DNA of 63,651 nt, filler included, from Lentisphaeria bacterium (GTDB taxonomy: Bacteria > Verrucomicrobiota > Lentisphaeria > JABSQK01 > JAWLHB01), in the NCBI GenBank assembly GCA_041690595.1. It is 7 parts of 7 records of this genome, joined end to end, with 100 filler letters (N's around TTAATTAATTAA, not from the genome) between each part and the next. Parts side by side here need not be neighbours in the genome. Positions count along the whole stretch, not along the records: positions 33,699 to 43,396 come from JAWLHB010000083.1; positions 43,497 to 52,758 come from JAWLHB010000084.1; 5 more parts are not named here. One strand, 5' to 3'. Positions 41,135 to 51,219 of the stretch are shown piece by piece. The notes below the pieces were generated by a model. The model was not told the DNA's origin. It did no database searches and saw only the letters and a list, made by a program, of their open reading frames with translations. Numbering within the stretch: the first letter of the stretch is position 1; every line of letters begins with the position of its first letter. The position numbers were made by a program, and so were the translations under genes.

Positions 41135-41383
41135 TCAACTGGCATTCGCAGCAGAACGATCAAGCTCACGTCGAAGCGCCGCAAAGTCCGGCAGATCCTC
41201 TCGAGCCTGCCAGATATCCCGTGCCTGCTGCAGTAGTGCCCGCCGGTCCGGCTTCTCGGACTTCGCGATGAGTTGATCCACGGCCTCGCGGATCAACTCG
41301 CTCTGGGAGCGCCCGGTGCGCCGGGACAGCACACGCAGCGACTGCTGCTCAACCTCGGTCAGGTAGATCTGCGTGCGAACCAT
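41135..41383 (-). CDS. CopG/ribbon-helix-helix antitoxin-like protein (no toxin partner)
   Basis: MVRTQIYLTE...SQSELIREAVD; GGAGG RBS. Confidence 0.8.
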   Translation of the reverse strand: MVRTQIYLTEVEQQSLRVLSRRTGRSQSELIREAVDQLIAKSEKPDRRALLQQARDIWQAREDLPDFAALRRELDRSAANAS

Positions 41384-41464
41384 CTGCACACCTCCGACTT
41401 CACCATGATGTACAGATGCAATGTATACGGAGCCGCCTTGCCAGGCAAGCGCATCTCCCATAAC

Positions 41465-41594
41465 GGATTCCGGGGACAGTACACCTATAGCGCGCGCTCT
41501 CCCGGACTGATGCGCTCCGGCACCGATAATGCGAGCAGCCTCGACTGAACACTCGTCCCGGCCATCGCACACGCATTCGCACTGTCCCCGGAAC
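41465..41594. repeat. Inverted-repeat element B
   Basis: GGATTCCGGGGACAGTACACCTAT ... GCACTGTCCCCGGAAC. Confidence 0.85.
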
Positions 41595-41598
41595 GGCG

Positions 41599-41973
41599 CT
41601 ACGGCCGCTGCAGCGGGATGCCGTACTCACTCCATCGTCCATCCGATGAGACCGCCACCAGCCCCTCGATGAGCGCCTGCGCGATGATCAGCCGGTCGAA
41701 CGGATCTGAATGAATACCAGGAAGCCTTGCCGTCTCGATAACATGAGCGTCATTGATCGCGAGCAGTGTTGCGCCTGCGGCAAGGCTCTCGTCGCGAAAG
41801 CTGGCTGGTTCGACACTGAGCTTCCCCAGTCGGTGTTTGATCGCCACTTCCCAAATGCTTGCCACCGAAACCACGCAGGCGCTTGTCCCCATGAGGTCGC
41901 GCGTCTCCTGCCGCAGGCGTGAATCGCCCAGCAGCCACCACAGCATGATCTGGGTGTCCAGAAGCAGCTTCAC
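41599..41973 (-). CDS. vapC: PIN-domain (VapC-like) toxin
   Basis: LLLDT, SIWEVAIK, HSDPFDRLIIAQA; GTGA overlap with the antitoxin. Confidence 0.9.
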   Translation of the reverse strand: MKLLLDTQIMLWWLLGDSRLRQETRDLMGTSACVVSVASIWEVAIKHRLGKLSVEPASFRDESLAAGATLLAINDAHVIETARLPGIHSDPFDRLIIAQALIEGLVAVSSDGRWSEYGIPLQRP

Positions 41974-42206
41974 GGGATACCGAAGAGCCTGGCGACCTCT
42001 TCGTCGACCTGCTCGCCAAAGGCGGCATCGACATCGACAGGGCGGTCTGCCCAGACCCCCCAACCCTGTAAGCCCGGGCTCGCCGCGCAGGGAACCAGCC
42101 GCACCTGGGCCTCACCATGGCTGGCGATGATGACCTCCTCACCCGCGACAGCCGCCTTCACCAACTTCGAGAGCTGGTTCTTCGCTTCAAGCATATTGAC
42201 TTGCAT
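41970..42206 (-). CDS. Phd/YefM-family antitoxin
   Basis: VNMLEAKNQLSKLV...GEEVIIA. Confidence 0.9.
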   Translation of the reverse strand: MQVNMLEAKNQLSKLVKAAVAGEEVIIASHGEAQVRLVPCAASPGLQGWGVWADRPVDVDAAFGEQVDEEVARLFGIP

Positions 42207-42407
42207 GACCAGCCTCCGGATAAAGCCTTGCCAGACTTGACATCATAACCAGGCTGGCCAGGTTGGCCAAGTCCTCCCCGTTCCGAGGACGGGCCACCGA
42301 TGTCATTGCCTGTGGCGACTGCCGCGCTGCGCGACATGATGCGGGGACCACGAGGAACCCGCGCCATCCTGCCGCGGCAACACGGTGGGTGCGCCATAAT
42401 GTGCGAC

Positions 42408-42827
42408 ATGACGCGATCGCGATCACAAGCTCCCGATTCCAGCTGGATCACCTTCCTCGCCCACCTGCTTTTCGTGCTGGCCGCTTGGTCGGTATTCATC
42501 AAGTACGTCTTTCCGATCACGTTCGCGCTGTTCACGGACGAGGCCTGGAATACGCACATCTTCTGGGACCTGTGGCCGGTCGCGCACGTCTGGCTGGGCT
42601 GGGCGCTGTTGACCCAGCCCTGGTACACGCGCTGGCTGGCCGCGAGCATGTCGGTCATCGAGATCGTCATCATCCTGACCCTGTTCACCCTCTTTCTGGC
42701 CGGGCCGGACTGGTCCATCTGGAGGACCAACTGGTTCGTCAACAAGGTCTTCGTGCTTTCCGCCTTCGCACTGATTCTGGCTACGGTGGTCGTAAGACCT
42801 GAGCTTTTCCGAACGAGGTCGTCTTGA
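42408..42827 (+). CDS. Hypothetical four-TM membrane protein
   Basis: Hydrophobic helices; TGATG coupling to the next gene. Confidence 0.7.
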   Translation: MTRSRSQAPDSSWITFLAHLLFVLAAWSVFIKYVFPITFALFTDEAWNTHIFWDLWPVAHVWLGWALLTQPWYTRWLAASMSVIEIVIILTLFTLFLAGPDWSIWRTNWFVNKVFVLSAFALILATVVVRPELFRTRSS

Positions 42828-43396
42828 TGGATCATCGCCACTCGCGCCGAAGCGCCCTGAAGCTGCTCGGTGCCGGCATCGCCGCTGCCTGGTGGATGCC
42901 GCATCTGTCTTTGGCCAGCTCCGGTGCCCTGCTCCGCAAGCCCATCCCCGGTGGCGGGCAGCTGCCGGTGATCGGCCTGGGTACCTGGCAGACGTTCAAT
43001 GTCGGCCGCGATCCGCAACTGCTCGACGCACGGACCGAGGTGGTGCGGGCCTTTTTCGAACACGGCGGCGGCCTGGTCGATTCTTCGCCGATGTACGGCT
43101 CCGCACCCGACGTGATGGGCTACGCACTCGACAGGCTGGGCAAGCCGGACTCGCTCTACACGGCCGAGAAGGTCTGGAGCCCGGCCGGCGGCAGCACGCG
43201 CGAGCAGATTGCCGACTTGTCCGAGCGCTGGGGCGTCGACCGCTTCGACCTGGTCCAGGTCCACAACCTCACCGACTGGCGCGAGCACCTGGACGCTCTC
43301 CAGCAGATGAAGGCCGACGGCGAGATCGCTCACGTCGGCATCACCACCTCGCACGGTCGCCGGCATGACGAGATCGAGCGCGTCATGCGCGAACAC
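42827..43396 (+). CDS. Aldo/keto reductase with Tat signal (3' truncated)
   Basis: SRRSALK; IGLGTW, DSSPMYG, DLVQVHN. Confidence 0.9.
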
Positions 43397-43496
43397 NNNN
43401 NNNNNNNNNNNNNNNNNNNNNNNNNNNNNNNNNNNNNNNNTTAATTAATTAANNNNNNNNNNNNNNNNNNNNNNNNNNNNNNNNNNNNNNNNNNNN
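43397..43496. other. Artificial contig spacer
   Basis: N-run + TTAATTAATTAA. Confidence 0.99.
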
Positions 43497-45128
43497 CACT
43501 GCCTGCCAGCGGGCGTCGGACATGCGATAACCGCTGCCGGGCCCCTGATAATCGTTGGGGTCGTTGAGCGCGCTCACCACCTTGCCGTCACGCAAAATGG
43601 CAGAGGTTTGAAGGTAGTCGCCCGAGATGCGCTGGCGCAGCATTAGTAGCAGGTTCTCCGCCTCTTCCTTAAAGCCGCGTCGGGCAAGGGCGCGAACCAT
43701 GTCGACCGCCGTCAAGCCACGGTTCCGGATCGCCTCGCTGATCCGGGTAACTTCGCCAGTCGTAAAGCTTTCCGTCTCTCGGGAGCCGGAGGCGGCGGCA
43801 ACAGACAGGATCCACTCTTCAGGCACCGTGGCCAGATCCAGCTCATCGAACACGGCGGCAATGGCGCGGATCGCGCGCAATCTAAGTTTGCCCGCCTCCT
43901 CTTCCGCCAACGGGGTCAGCCCGCCATCCGCTTCAAAGTCGCGCTGGAGAACCAGATAGTCCTCGATCTCCGCGCCGTTGAAGAGGGAGGGGTTGAAGCT
44001 GTTGTCATAGTTGTGGATGGACCCGAAGCCGGAGCAAATCAGGTCTGAGCCAGCCAGCAGGTAGGGGGTGATCTTGGCCCCCACGCGGATCTCGGATTCG
44101 CTGATCCGTGTGTCGTTGCCCGAGGCGCATTCCAGTCCGAGCCAGGCCGCGATCAGGTTCTCCGCCATGAGTTCGCGCAGCCCCCCCGCCATGGAAGCTG
44201 TGAGCGGGGCGCCGTCGATACCGCCGTTCTGGGTACCTTGTACCCCCATGGCCCGTTGCAGGCACAAACAGCGAGCTTCCAAATAGAGCACCGACTGGCT
44301 GTCGTGAAAGCCCATCAACAGCTCGGCCGAAGCGCCAGACGTGCAGCGTGCCTTTATTCCGCGCGAGGCATAGGCTGCGGTCAGGAAGGCCTTGGACCAG
44401 GGCGTATCGTCGCCGTCGACGAACGCGCCCTCCGTGCCATAGACGGAGACGGTTTCCGCGTAGGAAGTGAAACCGGCCATGCCGAGCTGCAGCTCCTCCG
44501 CCTCTTCGATCGAACACTGGAAGAGCACACCTCCACGGCCCACCGCCGCGCCGACCGCGCAAGCCATGGCGTTGGCCCAGGAGTTCGAGGCGACGCGCAT
44601 CGTCGTCTCGATCTCGTCAAAGCCGAGCGCGACAGCCGTCGCGCTGTCTGCTGCGAGCTGGAGGGGATCGTCCTTCGCGTTGGTGACATGCGCCTGGTTG
44701 CCTGGAGTTCGGCGCTGGCGCATCTTGGAATAGGCAAAGGTGATCTCCAGCGAGGACATGGTGGCGACGACGGAGGCCAGCTTGGCCGGAGTCATGCCAC
44801 GGGCCAGCCGCTCAAGCTGATCGCGCGGGACGTTGATGTCGACAAGCATCCGTGCCACGTCCACCGGATCCATCGCCATTGCCTCTTCAACCACCGCCGG
44901 GTCGAGGTGATGAGCCGCGATAAAGGCGTCGAGAATATCGAACTCGGCTTCCGGTTTGCCGTCCAACTCCACCACACGGCCGTCCTCCACACGAGCGGAG
45001 GGGGCGGGATCCCAAGGGCTGTGGAATGTGGAGAAACCTGCCTCGGGATCGTCCTCGGCGAATTGATCGTGGCGCAACGGACGGGCATCCCATTCGTCGA
45101 AGCGACGCCAGCGGGGAGCGGAAGTCAT
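43497..45128 (-). CDS. B12-dependent diol/glycerol dehydratase large-subunit homologue (3' truncated)
   Basis: NQAHVTN, GFDEIETT, YAETVSVYGT, DGDDTPWSK, YLEARC, ECASGND, GDYLQTSAI. Confidence 0.9.
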
Positions 45129-45184
45129 AAGTTTCCTCCTTCCTTATCTGGCTTTGCACCTGAAGGTTGCATCGTCACGACCGA

Positions 45185-45346
45185 TCAGAACCAGCGTAGC
45201 CAGACAAGCTGCGCGATGATCAGGATAATCGCATCCCAGAAAATCACTTCTCCGATGGTAAACCAGTTGCGCCTCTTGTTTATGCGCCACAGAAAACCCC
45301 ACAGGGCGGCGGCGATGACGACAGGGGCAATACCGACCAATGTCAT
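45185..45346 (-). CDS. 53-aa two-TM membrane protein (below the ORF-track cutoff)
   Basis: MTLVGIAPVVIAAALWGFLWRINKRRNWFTIGEVIFWDAIILIIAQLVWLRWF; ATGA overlap with the ATPase stop. Confidence 0.7.
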   Translation of the reverse strand: MTLVGIAPVVIAAALWGFLWRINKRRNWFTIGEVIFWDAIILIIAQLVWLRWF

Positions 45347-46395
45347 GCCAGTCTTTCCCCGGTCTTATGATCAAAGAAGTGAAGCGCCTCTTTGGGGAAT
45401 CGGATATTGACGAGCGTGCCGCTTGAGTATTCGGCGGAATCTCCCTGCGTCCTTATGGTGAGAGCCTTCCCCTGAATCTGAAAGATCAGAAGCGTATCGG
45501 GCTCGATCAGTTCCTTCACATCGAGGGGGAGCACGACGACGTCCTCGCCTGCCCTATCGACGAGCTGAATTTGCTCGGGGCGGATTCCGAGCGTGACGGG
45601 ACCCTCAGGGCGCGCGACCGGAAGGGCGATATTGCCGGAGCGGAACACCCCATTCTCGACCACCCCGTCGATGGTATTCATGGCCGGACGCCCCATGAAC
45701 TCCGCCACGAACCTGTTCGCCGGTTGGCGATAGATCGTGCGCGGCTTGTCGCATTGCATGAGCTTGCCGTCCTTCAGCACGGCAACGCGCGTGGCGAGCG
45801 TCATCGCTTCCTCCTGGTCATGGGTGACGAAGACGAAGGTCTTTTGCAGATCCCGATGCAATCGGTTGAGCTCGGTGCGCATATGCAGACGGAGCAGCGC
45901 ATCCAGGTTGGACAGCGGCTCGTCCATCAAACAGATCTTCGGCTGCCAGACCAGTGCGCGCGCCACCGCCACGCGCTGCGCCTGCCCGCCCGAAAGCTGA
46001 GAGGGTTTACGGTGCAGATAGCTTCCGATCTGCAGGAGCTGCGCCATTTCCTTGACGCGCCGGTCGATCTCGGCGGCGCCGGCCTTACGGATGCGCAGTG
46101 GATAGGCGATGTTCTCGTAGACGGTCTTGTGGCTGTAAAGCGCGTAGTTCTGGAAGACCATTCCGATGTCGCGATGTCGCGGCGGCAAATTCGTGATGTC
46201 TTTGCCGTCGACCTCGATGCGTCCTTCTGTGGGCGTCTCGAGGCCGGCAAGAAGACGGCAGGCCGTGGTCTTGCCGGAGCCGGAGGGCCCCAACAGCACG
46301 ATGAACTCGCCGAGTTCGAACTCGAGGTCGAGCGCATCCAGCGCCAGCGTTCCGTCGGCGAACTTTTTCGTCACTTTGCTGAACAACACAGGCAT
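45343..46395 (-). CDS. ABC importer ATPase (MalK/UgpC type)
   Basis: GPSGSGKT, VFQNYALY, LSGGQ, MDEPLSNLD. Confidence 0.93.
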   Translation of the reverse strand: MPVLFSKVTKKFADGTLALDALDLEFELGEFIVLLGPSGSGKTTACRLLAGLETPTEGRIEVDGKDITNLPPRHRDIGMVFQNYALYSHKTVYENIAYPLRIRKAGAAEIDRRVKEMAQLLQIGSYLHRKPSQLSGGQAQRVAVARALVWQPKICLMDEPLSNLDALLRLHMRTELNRLHRDLQKTFVFVTHDQEEAMTLATRVAVLKDGKLMQCDKPRTIYRQPANRFVAEFMGRPAMNTIDGVVENGVFRSGNIALPVARPEGPVTLGIRPEQIQLVDRAGEDVVVLPLDVKELIEPDTLLIFQIQGKALTIRTQGDSAEYSSGTLVNIRFPKEALHFFDHKTGERLA

Positions 46396-46423
46396 GAAGG
46401 GGGCTCCCCAACGTCTTTTCGCC

Positions 46424-47242
46424 TCAACCCTTGACGGCACCGAATGTGAGGCCGCGGACGAGATGCTTCTGGACCAGAAATGTGAAGATGAGGATGGGCA
46501 ATGTGGCGACGACCGCGACGGCCGCGACCTGCCCCCACAGCGTCCCATGCGGCGTGACGAGCCCCGGAATGCCGACGGTCAGCGGCCGTCCCTCGAATGC
46601 CACGAGAATGAAGGCATAGAGGAACTCGTTCCACGACAGGAGGAAGCACAGCACGGCGGTGGCAGCGACGCCGGGCGCCGCCAACGGAACGATCACGCGC
46701 AGGAAGGCGCCGAGTTTGGAGCGGCCATCCATCATTGCCGCTTCATCGATTTCGCGTGGAATCTCGGCAAAGAAACCGCGCATCATCCATACGACGAGTG
46801 ACAGGTTGAAGCTCGTATGGGCGATGACGACCGCAAAGATCGTGTCCGTCAGACCAATCAATGTGAAGAACAGGAACAGGGGCACGGCGATGGAGATCGG
46901 CGGCGCCATGCGGGTGGTGAGAAAGAAGAAGAACAAGTCCTCTTTGCCGGGAAAATCGCTGCGGGCAAACACATAAGCCGCGGGCGCCCCAACGATGAGC
47001 GACAACGCGGTCGATGACAGCGAGATCAGCAGCGAATTGACAACGAGCGGCAAATAGTCCTTGTCGAGAAAGACCTCGGGATAGTTCGCCAGCGTCGGCG
47101 TGAAGAACCACTGCGGCTCCGCCGACAGGACATCGAGACGTCCTTTGAAGGATGTCAGCAGCATCCACAGATAGGGCGTCAGCGCGATCACCAGCACCGT
47201 GACCAGAACGCCGATCGCGAGGATCCGCCAGCTTCTGCTCAT
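46424..47242 (-). CDS. Carbohydrate ABC permease (MalG-like)
   Basis: EIDEAAMMDG EAA loop; TM pattern. Confidence 0.92.
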   Translation of the reverse strand: MSRSWRILAIGVLVTVLVIALTPYLWMLLTSFKGRLDVLSAEPQWFFTPTLANYPEVFLDKDYLPLVVNSLLISLSSTALSLIVGAPAAYVFARSDFPGKEDLFFFFLTTRMAPPISIAVPLFLFFTLIGLTDTIFAVVIAHTSFNLSLVVWMMRGFFAEIPREIDEAAMMDGRSKLGAFLRVIVPLAAPGVAATAVLCFLLSWNEFLYAFILVAFEGRPLTVGIPGLVTPHGTLWGQVAAVAVVATLPILIFTFLVQKHLVRGLTFGAVKG

Positions 47243-47252
47243 CGCTCCGCCC

Positions 47253-48212
47253 TCACACTTTGGCTGCGGTGTCAGCCGATTTCCAGTACACGGCCTTGTA
47301 GAGGATCGAACACAGGATGAGGACGACGAGATACACCATGAAGGCGACTGCCGCGCCGTAACCGAGATTCCAGCTCTTGAAGTTCACGCGATAGGCATAG
47401 ATCGACAGCAGTTCCGATATTGTGCCGGGCCCGCCGCCGGTCATGATGAAGACCTTGTCGAACTCCTTGAAGGCGTCGATGCCGCGCAGCAACAGGACAA
47501 GCGCGATGATCGGCCGCAACAACGGCAGCATGACATCGGTGAATTGCCGCCATGGACCTGCGCCATCCATGGTCGCGGCCTCGAAGGGCGCTTTCGGCAG
47601 GCTCATCAGCGCGGCGAGCATTATCAGTGTCACGAACGGGGTCCATTGCCATACGTCGATGGCAATGATCGCGGGCATCACGAGTTCGGGCGTGGAGAAT
47701 ACGGCGCTTGCTTTCTGCAGTAGGCCGAACTTGTGCAGATAGTAGGTGACCATGCCGAAATCGCCCTGCAGCAGCAGGCGCCAGATCAGGCCGACGGCGA
47801 CCGGCGCGATCATCATGGGCACCAGCAGGAGCGTGACCAGCAGGCGCTGGCGTTCGATAAAGCGCCAGATCATCCAGGCAAGAGCGAAACCGAGCACGAA
47901 CTCGATCGTGACGGTCGCGGCGACGAAACGTATCGTCAGCCAGAACGAATCCCAGAAGATTCCGTCATTGCGAATCAAGTGGCGGAAGTTGTCGAATCCG
48001 ATGAACGCGCCGTTCTGGTCCGGATTGGAGTAGCTGAGATCGGTCAGCGCCGTATAGGTCATGTAGCCGAACGGGCCGACCAGGAAGATCAGGACGAGCA
48101 AGGTCGCCGGCAGGATCAGCGGCAAGGATGCGCCATGATCCAAAAGGAATCGTCCCCGTGATGAACGGGTTGTGATGCTCCGCGAAGAAGCAGTCGTGAA
48201 ACTCATGGACAT
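47253..48212 (-). CDS. Carbohydrate ABC permease (MalF-like)
   Basis: DVWQWTPF, EAATMDGA, MTGGGPG. Confidence 0.92.
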   Translation of the reverse strand: MSMSFTTASSRSITTRSSRGRFLLDHGASLPLILPATLLVLIFLVGPFGYMTYTALTDLSYSNPDQNGAFIGFDNFRHLIRNDGIFWDSFWLTIRFVAATVTIEFVLGFALAWMIWRFIERQRLLVTLLLVPMMIAPVAVGLIWRLLLQGDFGMVTYYLHKFGLLQKASAVFSTPELVMPAIIAIDVWQWTPFVTLIMLAALMSLPKAPFEAATMDGAGPWRQFTDVMLPLLRPIIALVLLLRGIDAFKEFDKVFIMTGGGPGTISELLSIYAYRVNFKSWNLGYGAAVAFMVYLVVLILCSILYKAVYWKSADTAAKV

Positions 48213-48256
48213 CGCAATTATCTCGCCGCGGCAGGCTGAAGTACGCTCCTGGCAGG

Positions 48257-48288
48257 AAAAGGGGGAGCCGCGATCCGTGCGGCTCCCC
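48257..48288 (-). terminator. Intercistronic hairpin after the substrate-binding gene
   Basis: GGGGAGCCGC/GCGGCTCCCC stem followed by a short T-run on the minus strand. Confidence 0.6.
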
Positions 48289-48294
48289 TGAGCC

Positions 48295-49704
48295 TCACTT
48301 GGGAGGGAACTTCAACGGCGCGCACGAGCCGAGCAGCGCCGAGATTTCCTGGGCCGCCGTATCGAGTGCCGCCTGGGCTGACTTCTCGTCCGCGAGGTAG
48401 GAGGAAAGTTCCCGCGTCAGAATGTCGGTCATCTGCGGGGACTGAGGTAATGTCGGCTTGGGCTTCGCCACTTCGTTGGAGGCCATGGACGCCTTGGAAT
48501 ACGGAAGCTCTTGTACATCGGCAGAGGCATAGACGTCCGGGCGCGCCGTCGCACCGCCATTGAGGTGCTGATTCAACTGCTGCTCGTAATCCATCATCCA
48601 CTGAATGAAGAGGTAGGCTGCTTCCTTGCTCTTCGAAGAGGCCGGGATGAGATATGTCCACCCTTCGACCTGGGCGACCTTGCCGCCTTCGCCTTGAGGC
48701 ACGATGTCGAAGCCCATCTTGCCGACGACGGTGGAGGCGGATTCGTCGACGGCAACGGCGTAGGTCGCATCGTTCCACATGATCAGCTGGGCGACCTTGC
48801 CCTGCTGCATCAGCGCCATCACGTCGTCCCAGAAATAGTTGAGCGTGTCAGGCGGAGAGAATTCCATCAGGCTCTTGTAATACTCGGTGGCCGCGACCGC
48901 CTGCGGGCTGTTGACGATGACGGGGCCGCATTCAGAGCCCGTCTTCGCCTCAAGCATGTCGCCGCCAAAGGAATACAGGAAGTTCAGCCACTCATACCAC
49001 AGCGCCTCGTGACGTTTGCCCTGAAGAGCGGTGCCATAGAGTCTCTGATCGGGACGCGTGAACCATTCGGCGATATCGCGGTACTGCTGCCAGTCCGTCG
49101 CCGGCGCAAGATCGTATCCGTACTTGGCCTTGAACCCCTGCGCTTCCTTTTCGTCCGACAGGAGATCGGAACGATACCACATGTACATGCTGAGGGCAGT
49201 GAAGGGAAAACCGTAGACTTCGCCGTCATACCAGGAGATTTCCTTCCAGAGCCCCTGGTAAAGTTGCTCGTCGGGCTTGAACTCCGGGTCGCGCAGCTCT
49301 TCGTCGTTCATGAAGACGTCGAGCGGCTCGACATGGCCATTGGTGACGAACCTTCCGAGTTCCCGGTGCGGTTGAATGATGAAATCGTAGCGTCCGCGCC
49401 TGGAGTTGAGATCGAGCATCACCTTGTTCACGGCTTCGGAATGCTCGTACATCTCGATCTCGATCGTAATTCCGGTTCTCTTTTCGAACTCCGGCGCAAG
49501 TTCCTTCATGGCCTCAAGCGGCGGAAGCGCCTCGCCGATCGTTCGTATCGTTGTGCCCTTGTAAGGAGCCGCGGCCTCCTCCAGCGACCAGGCCTTGGCC
49601 TGGGGGGCGTGCCAAATGGCTGCCAAAGCGTTCAACGCGGCAGCGCCAGCCAGCAACAGAAGGCCGCGCCGCATCAAGCCATGTGTAAACATGTTCGTAT
49701 CCAC
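48295..49704 (-). CDS. ABC substrate-binding protein (CUT1 sugar/polyol family)
   Basis: Signal peptide; EFEKRTGI, YGFPF, MWYRSDL, QGKVAQ. Confidence 0.88.
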   Translation of the reverse strand: MDTNMFTHGLMRRGLLLLAGAAALNALAAIWHAPQAKAWSLEEAAAPYKGTTIRTIGEALPPLEAMKELAPEFEKRTGITIEIEMYEHSEAVNKVMLDLNSRRGRYDFIIQPHRELGRFVTNGHVEPLDVFMNDEELRDPEFKPDEQLYQGLWKEISWYDGEVYGFPFTALSMYMWYRSDLLSDEKEAQGFKAKYGYDLAPATDWQQYRDIAEWFTRPDQRLYGTALQGKRHEALWYEWLNFLYSFGGDMLEAKTGSECGPVIVNSPQAVAATEYYKSLMEFSPPDTLNYFWDDVMALMQQGKVAQLIMWNDATYAVAVDESASTVVGKMGFDIVPQGEGGKVAQVEGWTYLIPASSKSKEAAYLFIQWMMDYEQQLNQHLNGGATARPDVYASADVQELPYSKASMASNEVAKPKPTLPQSPQMTDILTRELSSYLADEKSAQAALDTAAQEISALLGSCAPLKFPPK

Positions 49705-50080
49705 TTCGTTATGAGTTTCAGCCTCTATGAACCGACTTCACCCAACCGATGCGTTCATGGCGACAGGTCCGTTCCGGTTTCTTCGCAGTGAATTCTTGGT
49801 CTGCCCAACCTTTGGATCGGGACACGCCGCCTAGTGAGGCATTCCGCTGGGCCCTTCTCATGTCGAGGAAGCACGCCTGGAACGCGGCACGGTGATTTCC
49901 GAGGAAACGATCCGGCGCTGACGGCTCTTCAGCGAATTCTTCCTGTGCCCGAGACCGCCTGCGCGAGGGTTTTCATAACCGCCATTGTCTTCCTCCCCTT
50001 TTGTGTTGCGGAATTCGTCAGGACACTGCCGGAGCTCGAGGCTCTCTAATTGCAGTCCTGGCGATGGTACGGCTCCGCCA

Positions 50081-50180
50081 GCATATCCCTTGCTGTGCTC
50101 CCAGATGCACAAACTACCTGTACAAGGCATATCCCTTGTTTTAAGCAAAACTTACATCGAATGCTTATGTATGGGATATT
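50081..50180. promoter_or_regulatory. Candidate operator half-sites in the divergent promoter
   Basis: GCATATCCCTTG at 50081 and 50127; inverted GGGATAT near 50173. Confidence 0.35.
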
Positions 50181-50201
50181 CCCCATTCAGTATAAGCCGG
50201 A

Positions 50202-51077
50202 ATGCATATTATCTTTGAGATAGGGCAAGACATGCTGAAGGACATGGATGGGCAAGGCGCTTTGGGCAGAAATCTCCTTTCCCAGCCGGGATGGTATACA
50301 CTACTTGGAGATCTGGTTTCGCAGATAGGTGAACCGGACTTTCCGGACGCACTGTCCCGGGCGCTGAGCCACTTGACGCAGTTCGCCTACACGGTGACCT
50401 TCGCCTACAATGGACCGGACGTTCCGCTTTGCCTGCACCACACCTTCCCACCAAAACAATATGCCATCCACGTCAGCCAGTACGAGATCGGGCCGTATTT
50501 GCTCGATCCGCTCTACAAGGCTTCCACGGACGGGGTGAGGTCTGGTGTCTTCCGCCTCGGCGACGTAGCGCCCGACCAGTTCTACAAGAGTGAGTACTAC
50601 CGCACCTACTATGTGCAGACCGGCCCGGTGGACGAGATTGCAATGTTTATTCCGGGCAACGGAAGCTGGACGATCGTGACCTCACTGATGCGGCCTCATA
50701 GCCATCCGGCGTTTTCGGCTCGCGAGCTGCGCACTCTTCGCTGCGTCGAGCCCCTGCTCGGAAGAATCGCACAGGTTCATTGGCGTACAGATCAGCGGCT
50801 GGAGGCGGTGAATCCCGTACAGGATAAGGAAATGCTGCGGTGCATCGTGCAGGAGGCGCTGACGCGTCATGGCATGCCACTGCTGACACCGAGGGAAACC
50901 GAAGTGGTTGGGCTGGTGCTGCAGGGACACTCGTCGGAATCAATTGCCAACATCCTCGGCATATCTGCTGGCACGGTGCGCATCCACCGCAAAAACATCT
51001 ACGCCAAGATGCGAATCTCCTCGCAGCGCGAACTCTTCTCGATCTTCATGCAGTCGCCCGTTTATAGAGGTAGCTGA
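50202..51077 (+). CDS. LuxR-family transcriptional regulator
   Basis: LTPRETEVV...GTVRIHRKNIYAK HTH; PYLLDP sensor region. Confidence 0.9.
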   Translation: MHIIFEIGQDMLKDMDGQGALGRNLLSQPGWYTLLGDLVSQIGEPDFPDALSRALSHLTQFAYTVTFAYNGPDVPLCLHHTFPPKQYAIHVSQYEIGPYLLDPLYKASTDGVRSGVFRLGDVAPDQFYKSEYYRTYYVQTGPVDEIAMFIPGNGSWTIVTSLMRPHSHPAFSARELRTLRCVEPLLGRIAQVHWRTDQRLEAVNPVQDKEMLRCIVQEALTRHGMPLLTPRETEVVGLVLQGHSSESIANILGISAGTVRIHRKNIYAKMRISSQRELFSIFMQSPVYRGS

Positions 51078-51219
51078 TGGTCCGACATACTGCTGAACAT
51101 CGATAATCGGGCTTTCGATGGTCGTGTACGCCGCCGGCCATACCTTTCGAATGGTGCCTATCGGTTGCGGTCCCGCCGTCAGAGCGGCACTATGAGCGGA
51201 CTTTGCAGGGGGGGGGATC

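Noticed and set aside
40408..41271. 287-aa ORF as a full gene
   Set aside because: Chimera of gajA antisense, attI, the intI stub and IR element A
49705..50200. Cobalamin riboswitch upstream of the B12-enzyme operon
   Set aside because: No B12-box or conserved core motifs recognised; an Rfam scan would settle it
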